NCBI RefSeq assembly: GCF_003334305.1
Contig: NZ_QOWS01000015.1
DNA length: 64,000 bases
From: Escherichia coli
Lineage (GTDB): Bacteria; Pseudomonadota; Gammaproteobacteria; Enterobacterales; Enterobacteriaceae
Direction: 5' to 3' (one strand)
Part shown: in pieces, positions 32,163-42,960 of the stretch
Position numbering within the stretch: position 1 is the stretch's first letter
How the letters are laid out: every line of letters starts with the position of its first letter
Program-made: the position numbers and the translations under genes
The notes under the pieces: generated by a model
Seen by the model: the letters and a program-made list of their open reading frames with translations, nothing else
Told to the model about the DNA's origin: nothing
The model's database searches: none

Positions 32163-33206
32163 ATGAGCGAGAACTCGATTCGTTTGACCCAATACAGCCA
32201 CGGAGCTGGTTGCGGCTGTAAAATTTCCCCAAAAGTGTTGGAAACCATCCTGCACAGTGAGCAGGCGAAGTTTGTTGATCCGAATTTGCTTGTGGGTAAT
32301 GAGACCCGCGACGATGCGGCGGTGTACGATCTGGGCAATGGCACCAGCGTTATCAGTACCACCGACTTCTTTATGCCGATCGTTGATAATCCTTTCGATT
32401 TTGGCCGCATTGCGGCGACTAACGCCATCAGCGATATCTTCGCGATGGGGGGCAAACCGATTATGGCGATTGCGATCCTCGGCTGGCCGATTAACAAACT
32501 TTCCCCAGAAATTGCCCGCGAAGTAACCGAAGGTGGACGCTATGCATGCCGTCAGGCGGGTATTGCGCTGGCTGGCGGTCACTCCATCGATGCGCCGGAG
32601 CCGATTTTTGGTCTGGCGGTAACGGGGATCGTACCGACCGAGCGGGTGAAGAAAAACAGTACCGCACAAGCCGGATGCAAACTGTTCCTGACGAAACCGC
32701 TGGGGATCGGCGTTCTTACCACGGCTGAGAAAAAATCACTGTTGAAACCAGAACATCAGGGACTGGCGACGGAAGTGATGTGCCGGATGAACATCGCAGG
32801 TGCGTCCTTTGCCAACATCGAAGGCGTAAAAGCGATGACCGACGTTACTGGTTTTGGTCTGCTGGGCCATTTGAGCGAAATGTGTCAGGGCGCAGGTGTG
32901 CAGGCGCGCGTTGACTATGACGCGATCCCAAAATTGCCGGGGGTTGAAGAGTACATTAAGTTGGGCGCAGTGCCTGGCGGCACCGAACGTAACTTTGCCA
33001 GCTACGGTCATCTGATGGGTGAAATGCCGCGTGAAGTGCGCGATCTGCTGTGCGATCCGCAAACTTCTGGCGGTTTGCTGCTGGCGGTCATGCCGGAAGC
33101 AGAAAATGAGGTTAAAACTACAGCCGCCGAGTTTGGCATTGAACTGACGGCGATTGGCGAACTGGTGCCAGCGCGCGGCGGTCGTGCCATGGTTGAGATC
33201 CGTTAA
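32163..33206 (+). CDS. selD: Selenide, water dikinase (selenophosphate synthetase)
   Basis: Translation begins [21 protein letters not shown] with the catalytic Cys; about 347 aa. Confidence 0.95.
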   Translation: MSENSIRLTQYSHGAGCGCKISPKVLETILHSEQAKFVDPNLLVGNETRDDAAVYDLGNGTSVISTTDFFMPIVDNPFDFGRIAATNAISDIFAMGGKPIMAIAILGWPINKLSPEIAREVTEGGRYACRQAGIALAGGHSIDAPEPIFGLAVTGIVPTERVKKNSTAQAGCKLFLTKPLGIGVLTTAEKKSLLKPEHQGLATEVMCRMNIAGASFANIEGVKAMTDVTGFGLLGHLSEMCQGAGVQARVDYDAIPKLPGVEEYIKLGAVPGGTERNFASYGHLMGEMPREVRDLLCDPQTSGGLLLAVMPEAENEVKTTAAEFGIELTAIGELVPARGGRAMVEIR

Positions 33207-33210
33207 TTCA

Positions 33211-35172
33211 ATGCGGTTGTTTATTGCCGAAAAACCGAGTCTGGCGCGCGCCATTGCTGATGTCCTGCCCAAACCGCACCGTAAAGGCGATGGCTTTATC
33301 GAGTGCGGTAATGGTCAGGTGGTGACCTGGTGTATCGGTCACCTGCTTGAGCAGGCGCAGCCAGACGCCTACGACAGCCGCTATGCGCGCTGGAATCTTG
33401 CGGATTTGCCGATTGTCCCGGAAAAGTGGCAATTACAGCCCCGACCCTCCGTGACCAAACAACTTAACGTCATCAAACGGTTCCTGCATGAAGCCAGCGA
33501 AATCGTTCACGCCGGGGACCCGGATCGCGAAGGGCAACTGCTGGTGGATGAAGTGCTGGACTATCTACAACTGGCACCGGAAAAGCGCCAGCAGGTGCAG
33601 CGTTGCTTGATAAACGACCTGAACCCGCAGGCGGTTGAGCGGGCGATCGACCGTCTTCGTTCCAACAGTGAGTTTGTACCGCTGTGCGTTTCTGCGCTGG
33701 CGCGAGCGCGTGCCGACTGGCTGTACGGCATCAATATGACCCGTGCGTATACCATTCTCGGTCGCAATGCCGGTTATCAGGGCGTACTTTCCGTGGGACG
33801 CGTGCAGACACCCGTGCTCGGGCTGGTGGTGCGCCGCGATGAAGAGATTGAAAACTTCGTGGCGAAAGACTTCTTTGAAGTCAAAGCGCATATCGTGACA
33901 CCTGCCGATGAGCGGTTTACCGCTATCTGGCAACCGAGCGAAGCGTGTGAACCGTACCAGGATGAAGAAGGGCGCTTGTTACATCGTCCACTGGCGGAGC
34001 ATGTGGTTAACCGCATTAGTGGTCAACCGGCTATTGTCACCAGCTATAACGATAAACGGGAATCAGAATCCGCGCCGCTGCCGTTTTCGCTTTCGGCGTT
34101 GCAGATTGAAGCGGCAAAACGCTTCGGTCTGAGCGCGCAGAACGTGCTTGATATCTGCCAGAAGCTGTACGAAACGCACAAGCTAATCACTTATCCGCGT
34201 TCCGATTGTCGCTATTTGCCAGAAGAACATTTTGCCGGACGCCACGCGGTGATGAATGCCATCAGCGTTCATGCACCGGATCTGTTGCCGCAGTCAGTGG
34301 TAGATCCAGATATACGCAACCGCTGTTGGGATGACAAAAAGGTCGATGCGCACCACGCCATCATTCCGACCGCAAGGAGTTCTGCGATCAACCTGACGGA
34401 GAACGAAGCGAAGGTCTATAACCTGATTGCCCGTCAGTATCTGATGCAGTTCTGCCCGGATGCGGTGTTCCGCAAGTGTGTTATCGAACTGGACATTGCC
34501 AAAGGCAAATTTGTCGCTAAAGCGCGTTTTCTTGCTGAAGCAGGTTGGCGCGCGCTGTTAGGCAGCAAAGAGCGCGATGAAGAAAACGACGGCACGCCAT
34601 TGCCTGTGGTGGCGAAAGGCGATGAGTTGCTGTGTGAAAAAGGTGAAGTGGTAGAGCGGCAAACCCAGCCGCCGCGCCATTTTACCGATGCAACACTGCT
34701 TTCGGCGATGACCGGGATTGCGCGCTTTGTGCAGGACAAAGATCTGAAAAAGATCCTTCGTGCGACCGATGGTCTGGGGACAGAAGCAACGCGTGCCGGG
34801 ATTATTGAACTGTTGTTCAAGCGTGGTTTCCTCACCAAAAAAGGGCGCTATATCCACTCCACCGACGCCGGAAAAGCGTTATTCCATTCGCTGCCAGAAA
34901 TGGCTACGCGACCGGACATGACCGCGCACTGGGAATCGGTGCTGACGCAAATCAGCGAAAAGCAGTGTCGCTATCAGGACTTTATGCAGCCGCTGGTGGG
35001 GACGCTATATCAGCTTATTGATCAAGCCAAACGTACTCCGGTGCGGCAGTTTCGCGGCATTGTGGCTCCGGGCAGTGGTGGCAGTGCTGATAAGAAAAAG
35101 GCTGCACCGCGTAAACGTAGTGCGAAAAAAAGTCCGCCAGCAGATGAAGCCGGAAGCGGGGCGATAGCGTAA
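33211..35172 (+). CDS. topB: DNA topoisomerase III
   Basis: Translation begins [14 protein letters not shown]; type IA topoisomerase; start at internal ATG 5 nt after the selD stop, about 653 aa. Confidence 0.95.
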   Translation: MRLFIAEKPSLARAIADVLPKPHRKGDGFIECGNGQVVTWCIGHLLEQAQPDAYDSRYARWNLADLPIVPEKWQLQPRPSVTKQLNVIKRFLHEASEIVHAGDPDREGQLLVDEVLDYLQLAPEKRQQVQRCLINDLNPQAVERAIDRLRSNSEFVPLCVSALARARADWLYGINMTRAYTILGRNAGYQGVLSVGRVQTPVLGLVVRRDEEIENFVAKDFFEVKAHIVTPADERFTAIWQPSEACEPYQDEEGRLLHRPLAEHVVNRISGQPAIVTSYNDKRESESAPLPFSLSALQIEAAKRFGLSAQNVLDICQKLYETHKLITYPRSDCRYLPEEHFAGRHAVMNAISVHAPDLLPQSVVDPDIRNRCWDDKKVDAHHAIIPTARSSAINLTENEAKVYNLIARQYLMQFCPDAVFRKCVIELDIAKGKFVAKARFLAEAGWRALLGSKERDEENDGTPLPVVAKGDELLCEKGEVVERQTQPPRHFTDATLLSAMTGIARFVQDKDLKKILRATDGLGTEATRAGIIELLFKRGFLTKKGRYIHSTDAGKALFHSLPEMATRPDMTAHWESVLTQISEKQCRYQDFMQPLVGTLYQLIDQAKRTPVRQFRGIVAPGSGGSADKKKAAPRKRSAKKSPPADEAGSGAIA

Positions 35173-35211
35173 GCGAGCGAATCTTTCGTGCTATTCGAGT
35201 CATATTCTGAA

Positions 35212-35252
35212 ATATCCAGCGGATCAAGAAAATTCGTTGGATATTTTTTTTG
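35212..35252 (+). terminator. Rho-independent terminator of topB
   Basis: 10-bp stem atatccagcg/cgttggatat (one mismatch) followed by T8. Confidence 0.7.
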
Positions 35253-35299
35253 CATGGATAAAATTATCGCCTCTAAAGTATGTAATAACAGGGAATGTG

Positions 35300-36341
35300 A
35301 TGAAAAAAGTTTTATTACAAAACCATCCTGGGAGCGAGAAGTATTCTTTTAATGGCTGGGAAATATTTAATAGTAATTTTGAACGGATGATTAAAGAAAA
35401 TAAGGCCATGCTGCTTTGTAAGTGGGGGGGTGTATTTAACATGTGTTGTCGCTGTAATGTTTGTATTCGCAGCGATAACATCCAACGGTTTGAATGAAAG
35501 AGGCCTGATTACTGCGGGATGCTCTTTTCTTTATCTATTAATTATGATGGGGCTTATTGTTCGGGCCGGTTTTAAAGCAAAAAAAGAACAACTGCATTAT
35601 TATCAGGCTAAAGGTATTGAGCCGCTCAGTATCGAGAAGTTACAGGCGCTACAATTGATCGCACCTTATCGATTCTATCATAAGCAATGGTCTGAAACGC
35701 TGGAGTTCTGGCCGCGAAAGCCTGAACCTGGCAAAGATACCTTCCAATATCATGTGCTTCCTTTTGACTCGATCGATATCATAAGTAAAAGACGCGAGTC
35801 TTTAGAGGATCAATGGGGTATCGAAGATAGCGAAAGTTATTGTGCCTTAATGGAGCATTTTCTTTCTGGCGACCATGGAGCCAATACCTTTAAAGCAAAC
35901 ATGGAGAAAGCCCCAGAGCAGGTTATCGCCTTGTTGAATAAATTTGCTGTTTTTCCCTCAGACTATATCTCTGATTGCGCTAATAATCGCTCCGGTAAAT
36001 CCTCGGCGAAGCTAATATGGGCGGCGGAATTATCATGGATGATCTCGATATCAAGCACAGCTTTTCAAAACGGGACAATTGAAGAAGAACTGGCCTGGCA
36101 TTATATAATGCTTGCTTCTCGAAAGGCGCACGAGTTGTTCGAAAGCGAAGAAGATTATCAAAAAAATAGTCTAATGGGATTTCTTTACAGGCATATCTGC
36201 TGCTATCGCAGAAAGTTAACGGATGCTGAACTTGAAGCGTGTTATCGTTACGACAAGCAGTTTTGGGAGCACTACAGTAAGAAATGCCGTTGGCCCATAA
36301 GAAATGTTCCCTGGGGAGCATCATCCGTTAAATACTCATAA
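35300..36341 (+). pseudogene. ynjI: DUF1266 inner membrane protein gene ynjI, frameshifted at a 7-G homopolymer (35424-35430)
   Basis: The MKKVLL... frame stops at 35497; the main frame opens at GTG 35430; removing one G would fuse them into a 346-aa ORF. Confidence 0.6.
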
Positions 36342-36349
36342 ACGCCTGA

Positions 36350-36450
36350 AATTTTGCCGGGGGCGCTGCGCTTGCCCGGCCTACATTAGAGCGTAACTGC
36401 AATGAATTGTGCCCATTTGTAGGCCTGATAAGCGTAGCGCCATCAGGCAT
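36350..36450. repeat. REP/BIME palindromic units between ynjI and gdhA
   Basis: gtaggcctgataagcgtagcgccatcaggc and an upstream gcccggcctaca unit match the REP consensus. Confidence 0.7.
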
Positions 36451-36457
36451 TTACAAC

Positions 36458-37801
36458 TTAAATCACACCCTGCGCCAGCATCGCATCGGCAACCTTCACA
36501 AAACCGGCAATGTTCGCGCCCTGCACGTAGTTGGTTTGCTCACCTTCACCACCATGCTCAACACAGGCATGGTGGATATCCAGCATGATGTGATGCAAAC
36601 GTGCGTCAACTTTCTCGGCTTTCCAGCCCAGGCGCGCAGCGTTTTGTGCCATTTCCAGGCCCGACGTTGCTACACCGCCAGCATTAGCCGCTTTACCCGG
36701 TGCAAACAGTACGCCTGCCTGCTGGAACAGTTCAGTCGCTTCGATGGTGGTCGGCATATTTGCCCCTTCAGCGACGGCTTTAACGCCATTGGCGATAAGC
36801 TGATGCGCGGCGTCAACATCCAGTTCGTTCTGGGTGGCGCAAGGCAGGGCGATATCAACCGGTACAGACCACGGCTGTTGGCCTTCGAGATAGACCAGAC
36901 CAAATTCTTTGGCGTAATCTGCCACTCGACCATCGCGGCTGGCTTTGATTTCGATAAGACGTGCCAGTTTCTCTTTCGTGAATCCGCTTTCATCAACTAC
37001 AGTGCCGCTGGAGTCTGACGCAGTGATCACACGAGCACCAAATTCCATCGCTTTTTCGATAGCGTACTGGGCGACGTTGCCGGAGCCAGAAACGGAAACG
37101 CGCATCCCTTCAAAACCCATACCGTGGCGTTTTAACATTGCTTCTGTGAAATAAACCAGACCGTAGCCGGTAGCTTCCGGGCGAATAAGACTACCGCCAA
37201 ATGAAAGGCCCTTACCGGTGAAGACGCAGGCGGTATTGTTGGAGAGCTTTTTCATCATCCCCGCCATAAAGCCGACTTCACGACCACCAACGCCGATATC
37301 ACCTGCCGGAACGTCGGTATCCGCGCCCAGATGACGATAAAGCTCGGTCATCAGCGCCTGGCAGAAACGCATCACTTCGCCTTCGCTTTTACCTTTCGGA
37401 TCAAAATCGCTACCGCCTTTACCACCGCCCATCGGCAGGGTAGTCAGGGCATTTTTGAAGGTTTGTTCGAAGCCGAGGAATTTGAGAATGGAGAGGTTAA
37501 CTGACGGATGGAAGCGCATACCGCCTTTGTACGGGCCGATGGCAGAGCTGAACTGCACACGCCATGCACGGTTGACCTGTACCTGATTGCGATCATCAAC
37601 CCATACCACGCGAAACTGGATCACGCGCTCCGGTTCAACCAGACGCTCCAGTAATGACATCTGGCGATATTTTGGATTTTGTTCAAGAAAAGGCCAGAGT
37701 GTGGTCATTACTTCACGAACGGCTTGCGCGAACTCGGTTTGATTCGGGTCGCGCTTTTGGACATGGTTGAGGAATGACTCCAGAGAATATGTCTGATCCA
37801 T
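36458..37801 (-). CDS. gdhA: NADP-specific glutamate dehydrogenase
   Basis: 447 aa with the Glu/Leu/Phe/Val dehydrogenase active-site Lys motif (GPYKGGMRF). Confidence 0.95.
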   Translation of the reverse strand: MDQTYSLESFLNHVQKRDPNQTEFAQAVREVMTTLWPFLEQNPKYRQMSLLERLVEPERVIQFRVVWVDDRNQVQVNRAWRVQFSSAIGPYKGGMRFHPSVNLSILKFLGFEQTFKNALTTLPMGGGKGGSDFDPKGKSEGEVMRFCQALMTELYRHLGADTDVPAGDIGVGGREVGFMAGMMKKLSNNTACVFTGKGLSFGGSLIRPEATGYGLVYFTEAMLKRHGMGFEGMRVSVSGSGNVAQYAIEKAMEFGARVITASDSSGTVVDESGFTKEKLARLIEIKASRDGRVADYAKEFGLVYLEGQQPWSVPVDIALPCATQNELDVDAAHQLIANGVKAVAEGANMPTTIEATELFQQAGVLFAPGKAANAGGVATSGLEMAQNAARLGWKAEKVDARLHHIMLDIHHACVEHGGEGEQTNYVQGANIAGFVKVADAMLAQGVI

Positions 37802-38036
37802 AGATATAAAACCCTTATATATTAATACGATTGTGCTTATGTTGTTTATGTGATGTGCTTTTGCAGTTTTCGACTATACCATCAAGAATGTGACGGTAAG
37901 CAAGAAAAAAATGACCCAGGAAAGCAAATTAATAACGAGAGTAATCTCATAACCAAATGCGATAACTCAGACGCTAAAGTTTTGCCACCCGGCTACCGTT
38001 ATCAGTAGCAGAGACAATAACGTTAAGGAGTTCCCT

Positions 38037-38309
38037 GTGAGTCGAGCATTGTTCGCCGTAGTATTAGCATTTCCATTAATTGCACTGGCTAACCCGCATT
38101 ATCGTCCGGACGTGGAGGTAAACGTACCGCCAGAAGTGTTCAGTTCAGGCGGGCAGTCAGCGCAGCCCTGTACTCAGTGCTGCGTTTATCAGGATCAAAA
38201 TTATTCTGAAGGGGCGGTAATTAAAGCCGAAGGAATACTGCTGCAATGCCAGCGGGATGACAAAACCCTTAGCACTAATCCGCTGCTCTGGCGGCGCGTA
38301 AAGCCATAA
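38037..38309 (+). CDS. ynjH: DUF1496-family secreted protein
   Basis: 90-aa ORF with signal peptide, GTG start. Confidence 0.75.
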   Translation: MSRALFAVVLAFPLIALANPHYRPDVEVNVPPEVFSSGGQSAQPCTQCCVYQDQNYSEGAVIKAEGILLQCQRDDKTLSTNPLLWRRVKP

Positions 38310-38682
38310 ACGCCTCTAATAGTGGAATGTCAGCAGGGGCCAGCGGATATTGCAGCGCCTCTTCAGGTGAGCACCAGACCAGCGCCTGATGTTCATGTGC
38401 CTGTAACGTCCCGTGGAAGTCGGGTACGTGCCAGGCATGAAGATGGATAATCCGGCCCGAAACTTCTCGCTGATGGCTGGCAACATACTCACCCACAGTT
38501 GCTTCGATGCCCAATTCTTCGTTTAACTCACGCACCAGTGCCTGCTGCTGGCTTTCATCCAGCTCGACTTTACCACCGGCAAACTCCCATAATCCCGCCT
38601 GATCGCTCTGGGCGGGGCGTTGCGCGAGTAAAATTTTGCCATCACGTTCAATGATGGCGGCAACAACTTCAATCATTTTCAT
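38275..38682 (-). CDS. nudG: Nudix hydrolase (CTP pyrophosphohydrolase)
   Basis: Nudix box (GGKVE...RELNEELG); 135 aa. Confidence 0.85.
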   Translation of the reverse strand: MKMIEVVAAIIERDGKILLAQRPAQSDQAGLWEFAGGKVELDESQQQALVRELNEELGIEATVGEYVASHQREVSGRIIHLHAWHVPDFHGTLQAHEHQALVWCSPEEALQYPLAPADIPLLEAFMALRAARAAD

Positions 38683-38768
38683 AAATTACACACGGGCAGA
38701 TAAGCGAAAAATGCCATAATATCCGCACTGTTGCTCAATCAGAAAGGCTTTATATTTAAGGAGTGCCT

Positions 38769-39389
38769 GTGCTAGACCGCCATCTTCATCCCCGGATTAA
38801 ACCGTTGTTGCATCAGTGCGTGCGGGTTCTTGATAAACCGGGCATTACGCCAGATGGTTTAACATTAGTGGGATTTGCCATCGGCGTGCTGGCTCTGCCG
38901 TTTCTGGCGCTGGGCTGGTATCTGGCGGCGCTAGTCGTCATTTTGTTGAACAGGCTGCTTGATGGTCTGGACGGTGCGCTGGCGCGGCGCAGAGAGCTTA
39001 CCGACGCGGGCGGCTTTCTTGATATTTCTCTCGATTTTCTCTTTTACGCGCTGGTGCCGTTTGGCTTTATTCTTGCTGCACCGGAGCAAAATGCGCTGGC
39101 AGGCGGCTGGTTGTTGTTTGCGTTTATCGGCACGGGCAGCAGTTTTCTCGCCTTTGCTGCACTGGCAGCAAAACATCAGATTGATAACCCCGGTTATGCA
39201 CATAAGTCGTTTTACTATCTGGGGGGATTAACCGAAGGCACAGAAACGATCTTACTGTTTGTGCTGGGATGTTTATTCCCTGCATGGTTTGCGTGGTTTG
39301 CGTGGATCTTCGGTGCGTTGTGCTGGATGACGACCTTTACGCGGGTGTGGAGTGGGTATCTGACGCTGAAGTCGCTCCAGCGTCAGTAA
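38769..39389 (+). CDS. ynjF: CDP-alcohol phosphatidyltransferase-family membrane protein
   Basis: D-G-x2-A-R motif (DGLDGALARR); GTG start with AAGGAG ribosome-binding site; about 206 aa. Confidence 0.8.
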   Translation: MLDRHLHPRIKPLLHQCVRVLDKPGITPDGLTLVGFAIGVLALPFLALGWYLAALVVILLNRLLDGLDGALARRRELTDAGGFLDISLDFLFYALVPFGFILAAPEQNALAGGWLLFAFIGTGSSFLAFAALAAKHQIDNPGYAHKSFYYLGGLTEGTETILLFVLGCLFPAWFAWFAWIFGALCWMTTFTRVWSGYLTLKSLQRQ

Positions 39390-39397
39390 TTGCAATG

Positions 39398-40705
39398 TTA
39401 TTTGCTACTGTCCGGGCCGCGTTCACCGGTTGCTACCGGATTTTTTGGATCGCTGCTCCATTCGTACCAGCCGCCGTCATACACGGAAACATTCTTCCAA
39501 CCCATGGCGCGTGCGTACATAAAGGTTTCGGACGCGCGCCAGCCGGTGCCGCAGTAGAATGAAACTTGCTGCTCTGGTTTGATATTCCACGCTTTCCACA
39601 TAGCGGTAATATCATCGGCGCTGCGCATGGTGCCATCCGGGTTATGAAAATCTTCCATATGCGTCGAGTCGCTACCAGCGTGTCCCCAACGTGCTCCGGC
39701 TATTTCACCTTTTGGTTTAATATAGCTGTAACCGCTGGTCGTACCGATAAATTCTGGCCACGAACGAATGCTCACCAGCGATGCATCCTGGCGATGCAGC
39801 AGTCCACGGGCCTGTTCCATATCGAGCATCAACTGCGGTTGTGCCGGGATCTTCACGCCGAAATCCGGTTCCGCTTTCACTTTCGGTGGCGTTCCTCGCT
39901 CAACAGGCAGTCCCGCGTCGGACCAGGTTTGCCAGCCGCCATCCAGCAGACGCACATCTTTCACGCCTGCGTAGAGCATAATTTGCGCCACACGCGCTCC
40001 AGCGTATACGTCACGCCCGTACAGAATGACCGTGGTGTCATGGCGAATGCCGTGTTTTGCCAGCATCGCTTTTAGTTGTTCATCAGAAACTTTGTTCCAC
40101 AGCGGTTCGCTTTCCACTTCGTTGGTATCGATGTAGTCAGCGCCAGGAATATGGCTGATAAGGTAAAGCTTAGGAGCGCCCCAGGCCGCTTCAATGACTT
40201 TCCAGTCACCGGCAGGTTTCGCCGTAACCTCTTTACCTTGTTGCAGGTCGTGCAGCCATTGCGGATAAACCAGCTGCTCAAAGTGCGGCAGTTTTTGTAG
40301 ACGGGAAGGTTCGCTTAGCGCGTCACTCAGAATGGAGATATGCGTAAAACCTGCTTTTTGCAGACGCGTTTTGACGGCGTCGACATCTTTGTCATTGCCG
40401 TACAGCGCCACCGGAGCATCGGTTTTCAGATTATGTTGCTTGATCCACTCATAGAGCTGTTCGGTGCTCATTTTGTCGAGCCAGCTGGCAGAGAGGTTTA
40501 AGGCGGCAGGTTCATGACCAGAAGGGCCATTTAAGGTTTGTGGCCAGCCGTTATAAAACGCGCTGGGGCGAGTATCTATCGCTTTGCCATTTTGTTGTTG
40601 AAGCTGGTCAAGTGTAAGAGGCTTCGCCAGTTCAGCGGCCCACGAAGAAGCGCAAGCCAGCCCTAAAGCCATTGCCAGCGCGGTCATTTGAGAAACACGT
40701 TTCAT
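39398..40705 (-). CDS. ynjE: Periplasmic thiosulfate sulfurtransferase with three rhodanese domains
   Basis: Signal peptide and rhodanese active-site Cys (FYCGTGWRA); start could also be the upstream ATG at 40720. Confidence 0.85.
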   Translation of the reverse strand: MKRVSQMTALAMALGLACASSWAAELAKPLTLDQLQQQNGKAIDTRPSAFYNGWPQTLNGPSGHEPAALNLSASWLDKMSTEQLYEWIKQHNLKTDAPVALYGNDKDVDAVKTRLQKAGFTHISILSDALSEPSRLQKLPHFEQLVYPQWLHDLQQGKEVTAKPAGDWKVIEAAWGAPKLYLISHIPGADYIDTNEVESEPLWNKVSDEQLKAMLAKHGIRHDTTVILYGRDVYAGARVAQIMLYAGVKDVRLLDGGWQTWSDAGLPVERGTPPKVKAEPDFGVKIPAQPQLMLDMEQARGLLHRQDASLVSIRSWPEFIGTTSGYSYIKPKGEIAGARWGHAGSDSTHMEDFHNPDGTMRSADDITAMWKAWNIKPEQQVSFYCGTGWRASETFMYARAMGWKNVSVYDGGWYEWSSDPKNPVATGERGPDSSK

Positions 40706-40771
40706 CGAAAATCCCGACATTGTAGTTTTGAGTGCGCCATTCTGAACTGACGCATTGAGAAAAACTTTGCG

Positions 40772-41425
40772 TTATCGCAGTTTGTTGTAATTTTCTGACC
40801 ACTGCGCCATATCCAGAACAGAACTATCAGCAGGAACATCCTGGAGATCGTGCGTTACCTGAACGACGGGGATCGCCAGTTCGCGAACTTCGCTGAACAC
40901 CCACTGGCGAAAATTATCGCGCAGAGCCACATCAAGACGGCTGAATGGCTCATCCAGGAGTAACGCTTTTGGCTGAGCGAGAAGGGCGCGCAGCAGGGCC
41001 ACCCGCGCTCGCTGACCGCCTGATAATGTCGCAGGGTCCTGGTGATAAGTTTCAGCCAGTCCCGCTCGATCAAGCGCGTCTTTCACGGCATTGCGCCTGG
41101 CAGTCCCCTTGAGCGTCGACGGTAGCGCCAGCAGTAAATTTTGCCCGACGCTGAACTGGTCAAATAACAGTGCATCCTGGAAAAGAATGCCAATCTGACG
41201 CTGTGCGGTGGGTAGCATGTCAATCCGTTGCTCATTGAACCATAGCTCACCTGTACAAGAAAACTGTCCAGCCAGTGCACCAATCATCCATGAAAACAGA
41301 GTGGATTTTCCACAGCCAGACGGCCCCATTAACGTGACAATGTCACCTTTATCCACCGTAAAGTTAACGTTTGTCAGCAAGCGGCTTTCTGGTAAACGTA
41401 GCGAAACATTTTTCACGCAGAGCAT
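40772..41425 (-). CDS. ynjD: ABC transporter ATP-binding protein
   Basis: Walker A (GPSGCGKST) and ABC signature (LSGGQ); start ATG overlaps the ynjC stop (TAATG). Confidence 0.85.
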   Translation of the reverse strand: MLCVKNVSLRLPESRLLTNVNFTVDKGDIVTLMGPSGCGKSTLFSWMIGALAGQFSCTGELWFNEQRIDMLPTAQRQIGILFQDALLFDQFSVGQNLLLALPSTLKGTARRNAVKDALDRAGLAETYHQDPATLSGGQRARVALLRALLAQPKALLLDEPFSRLDVALRDNFRQWVFSEVRELAIPVVQVTHDLQDVPADSSVLDMAQWSENYNKLR

Positions 41426-42960
41426 TAGCGGAGTCCTTGTCTGACATAACCTACCCATTTTGCGACTAACGCGGTCAGGGCAAAAATAATAAGCGGTAAC
41501 AACAGTTGCCATAAAGCCTGGGCGGCGAGAATACCGTTGCTGCCGCCGCTGCTTAATGCCACCGCCTCAGTGGTGAGCGTCGGAAAACGCCCCGCGCCCA
41601 GCCACAGCGTCGGCATATACTGCGCAATACTGACTGAAAATCCCACCGCGAAGGCAATCAGCACAGGGCGCAACATGAGTGGGCATTTCACGTAAAAGAA
41701 GATTTTGGCCCGCGACCAGCCCAGTGTTTGCGCAATCAAAATTAACCGTGAATCAATGCGCTGCCAGGCGGGTTGCAGGATAAACAGCATCCACGGCATT
41801 ACCCACAGCAGATGCCCCCAGACCACCGCCGTCCAGCTTCCATCCAGGTTCAGCCATAGCGCCAGCGTGTACTGGCCCGCCACCAGTGGCAGAGCGGGCA
41901 ATAGAATGGGCAACCAGAGCCACAACTGGCGACGCTGTGGCCCCCATTCCAGCCACAGCAGTAACAGGAGCAAAGCGATGAATGTCGCCACCAGCCCCAT
42001 TGTCAGGCTGTTGATGAGTGCTTCACTATTGATCGTCGACTGATCCGCGAGGATCGCCAGCAGAACCACACACAGCACACCGGTTAAGGGTAAAAAACTC
42101 GCCAGCGTAGTGCCTGGTAATAAAGGTGTGGCAGGCTTGCGAATGCCATCTACGCGGGGAATAGTGCGCCGCCAGCTGCGCCATAGCAGATAGCTCAGCA
42201 AAACGTAGGCGGCGAGTAACAGCATCAGCAGCAGACTGGCGAGTGCGCCTTTCGTTTGTTGATCCGCGTCGCCCTGAGTTAACCACTGCCAGCTAATTAC
42301 TGCCAGCGTCGGTGGATTACCTGGCCCAAGAATAATCGCCACATCCACGACCGAAAGCGACCAGGCAACAATCGCCAGCATCGCCATTGCCAGCGAAGGC
42401 GCGACGGAGGGCAACAGCAGCCAGTTCAGGCATTGCCAGCGGCTGTAGCCCAGCGAATCCAGCACAATGACCTGCTGCAACAGCCGTTTTTCGCTCAATA
42501 CTGCCGCTAAGATCCACAGCAGAAATGCGCTTTCTTTCACTGCAAGGGTGAGGCCCAGACCGATGCCAAATCGGTCCATTGGCGGAGTGAAATACGGGAA
42601 ATAGTCATATAGCAGCCCTCCGTCAGCAAAGAGCAGCAGGGCGCTGGTGGCAAAAGCCACATGGGGAATGGCGAGCAGCCACGGCAGACGGGCGCACATA
42701 CGCTGCCATTTCGGCCCAGGCCATAGCGCCACAATCACCAGCAGGGCAATCAACAATGCCCCGACCGCCGCGATGGTTGTCGACACCAGCGTTGCCAGTA
42801 ATGCATGCGGTAACTGTGGATCGGCAAATAACGCCTGCCAGTGTGTCAACGACAACGCAGGCGATATCAGCGTGAGAGCTGCCGGGATCAGCGGTGCATA
42901 AATCACCGCCACCATCGCCCACAGCAAAAAGATTAATGCGTACCGTAACGGCGTAACCAT
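41425..42960 (-). CDS. ynjC: ABC transporter permease with duplicated transmembrane domain
   Basis: About 511-aa multi-TM ORF; its start overlaps the ynjB 3' end. Confidence 0.85.
   Translation of the reverse strand: MVTPLRYALIFLLWAMVAVIYAPLIPAALTLISPALSLTHWQALFADPQLPHALLATLVSTTIAAVGALLIALLVIVALWPGPKWQRMCARLPWLLAIPHVAFATSALLLFADGGLLYDYFPYFTPPMDRFGIGLGLTLAVKESAFLLWILAAVLSEKRLLQQVIVLDSLGYSRWQCLNWLLLPSVAPSLAMAMLAIVAWSLSVVDVAIILGPGNPPTLAVISWQWLTQGDADQQTKGALASLLLMLLLAAYVLLSYLLWRSWRRTIPRVDGIRKPATPLLPGTTLASFLPLTGVLCVVLLAILADQSTINSEALINSLTMGLVATFIALLLLLLWLEWGPQRRQLWLWLPILLPALPLVAGQYTLALWLNLDGSWTAVVWGHLLWVMPWMLFILQPAWQRIDSRLILIAQTLGWSRAKIFFYVKCPLMLRPVLIAFAVGFSVSIAQYMPTLWLGAGRFPTLTTEAVALSSGGSNGILAAQALWQLLLPLIIFALTALVAKWVGYVRQGLR

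Noticed and set aside
36407-37018. 203-aa plus-strand ORF overlapping gdhA
   Set aside because: Antisense to gdhA and overlapping the REP region; no supporting signals.
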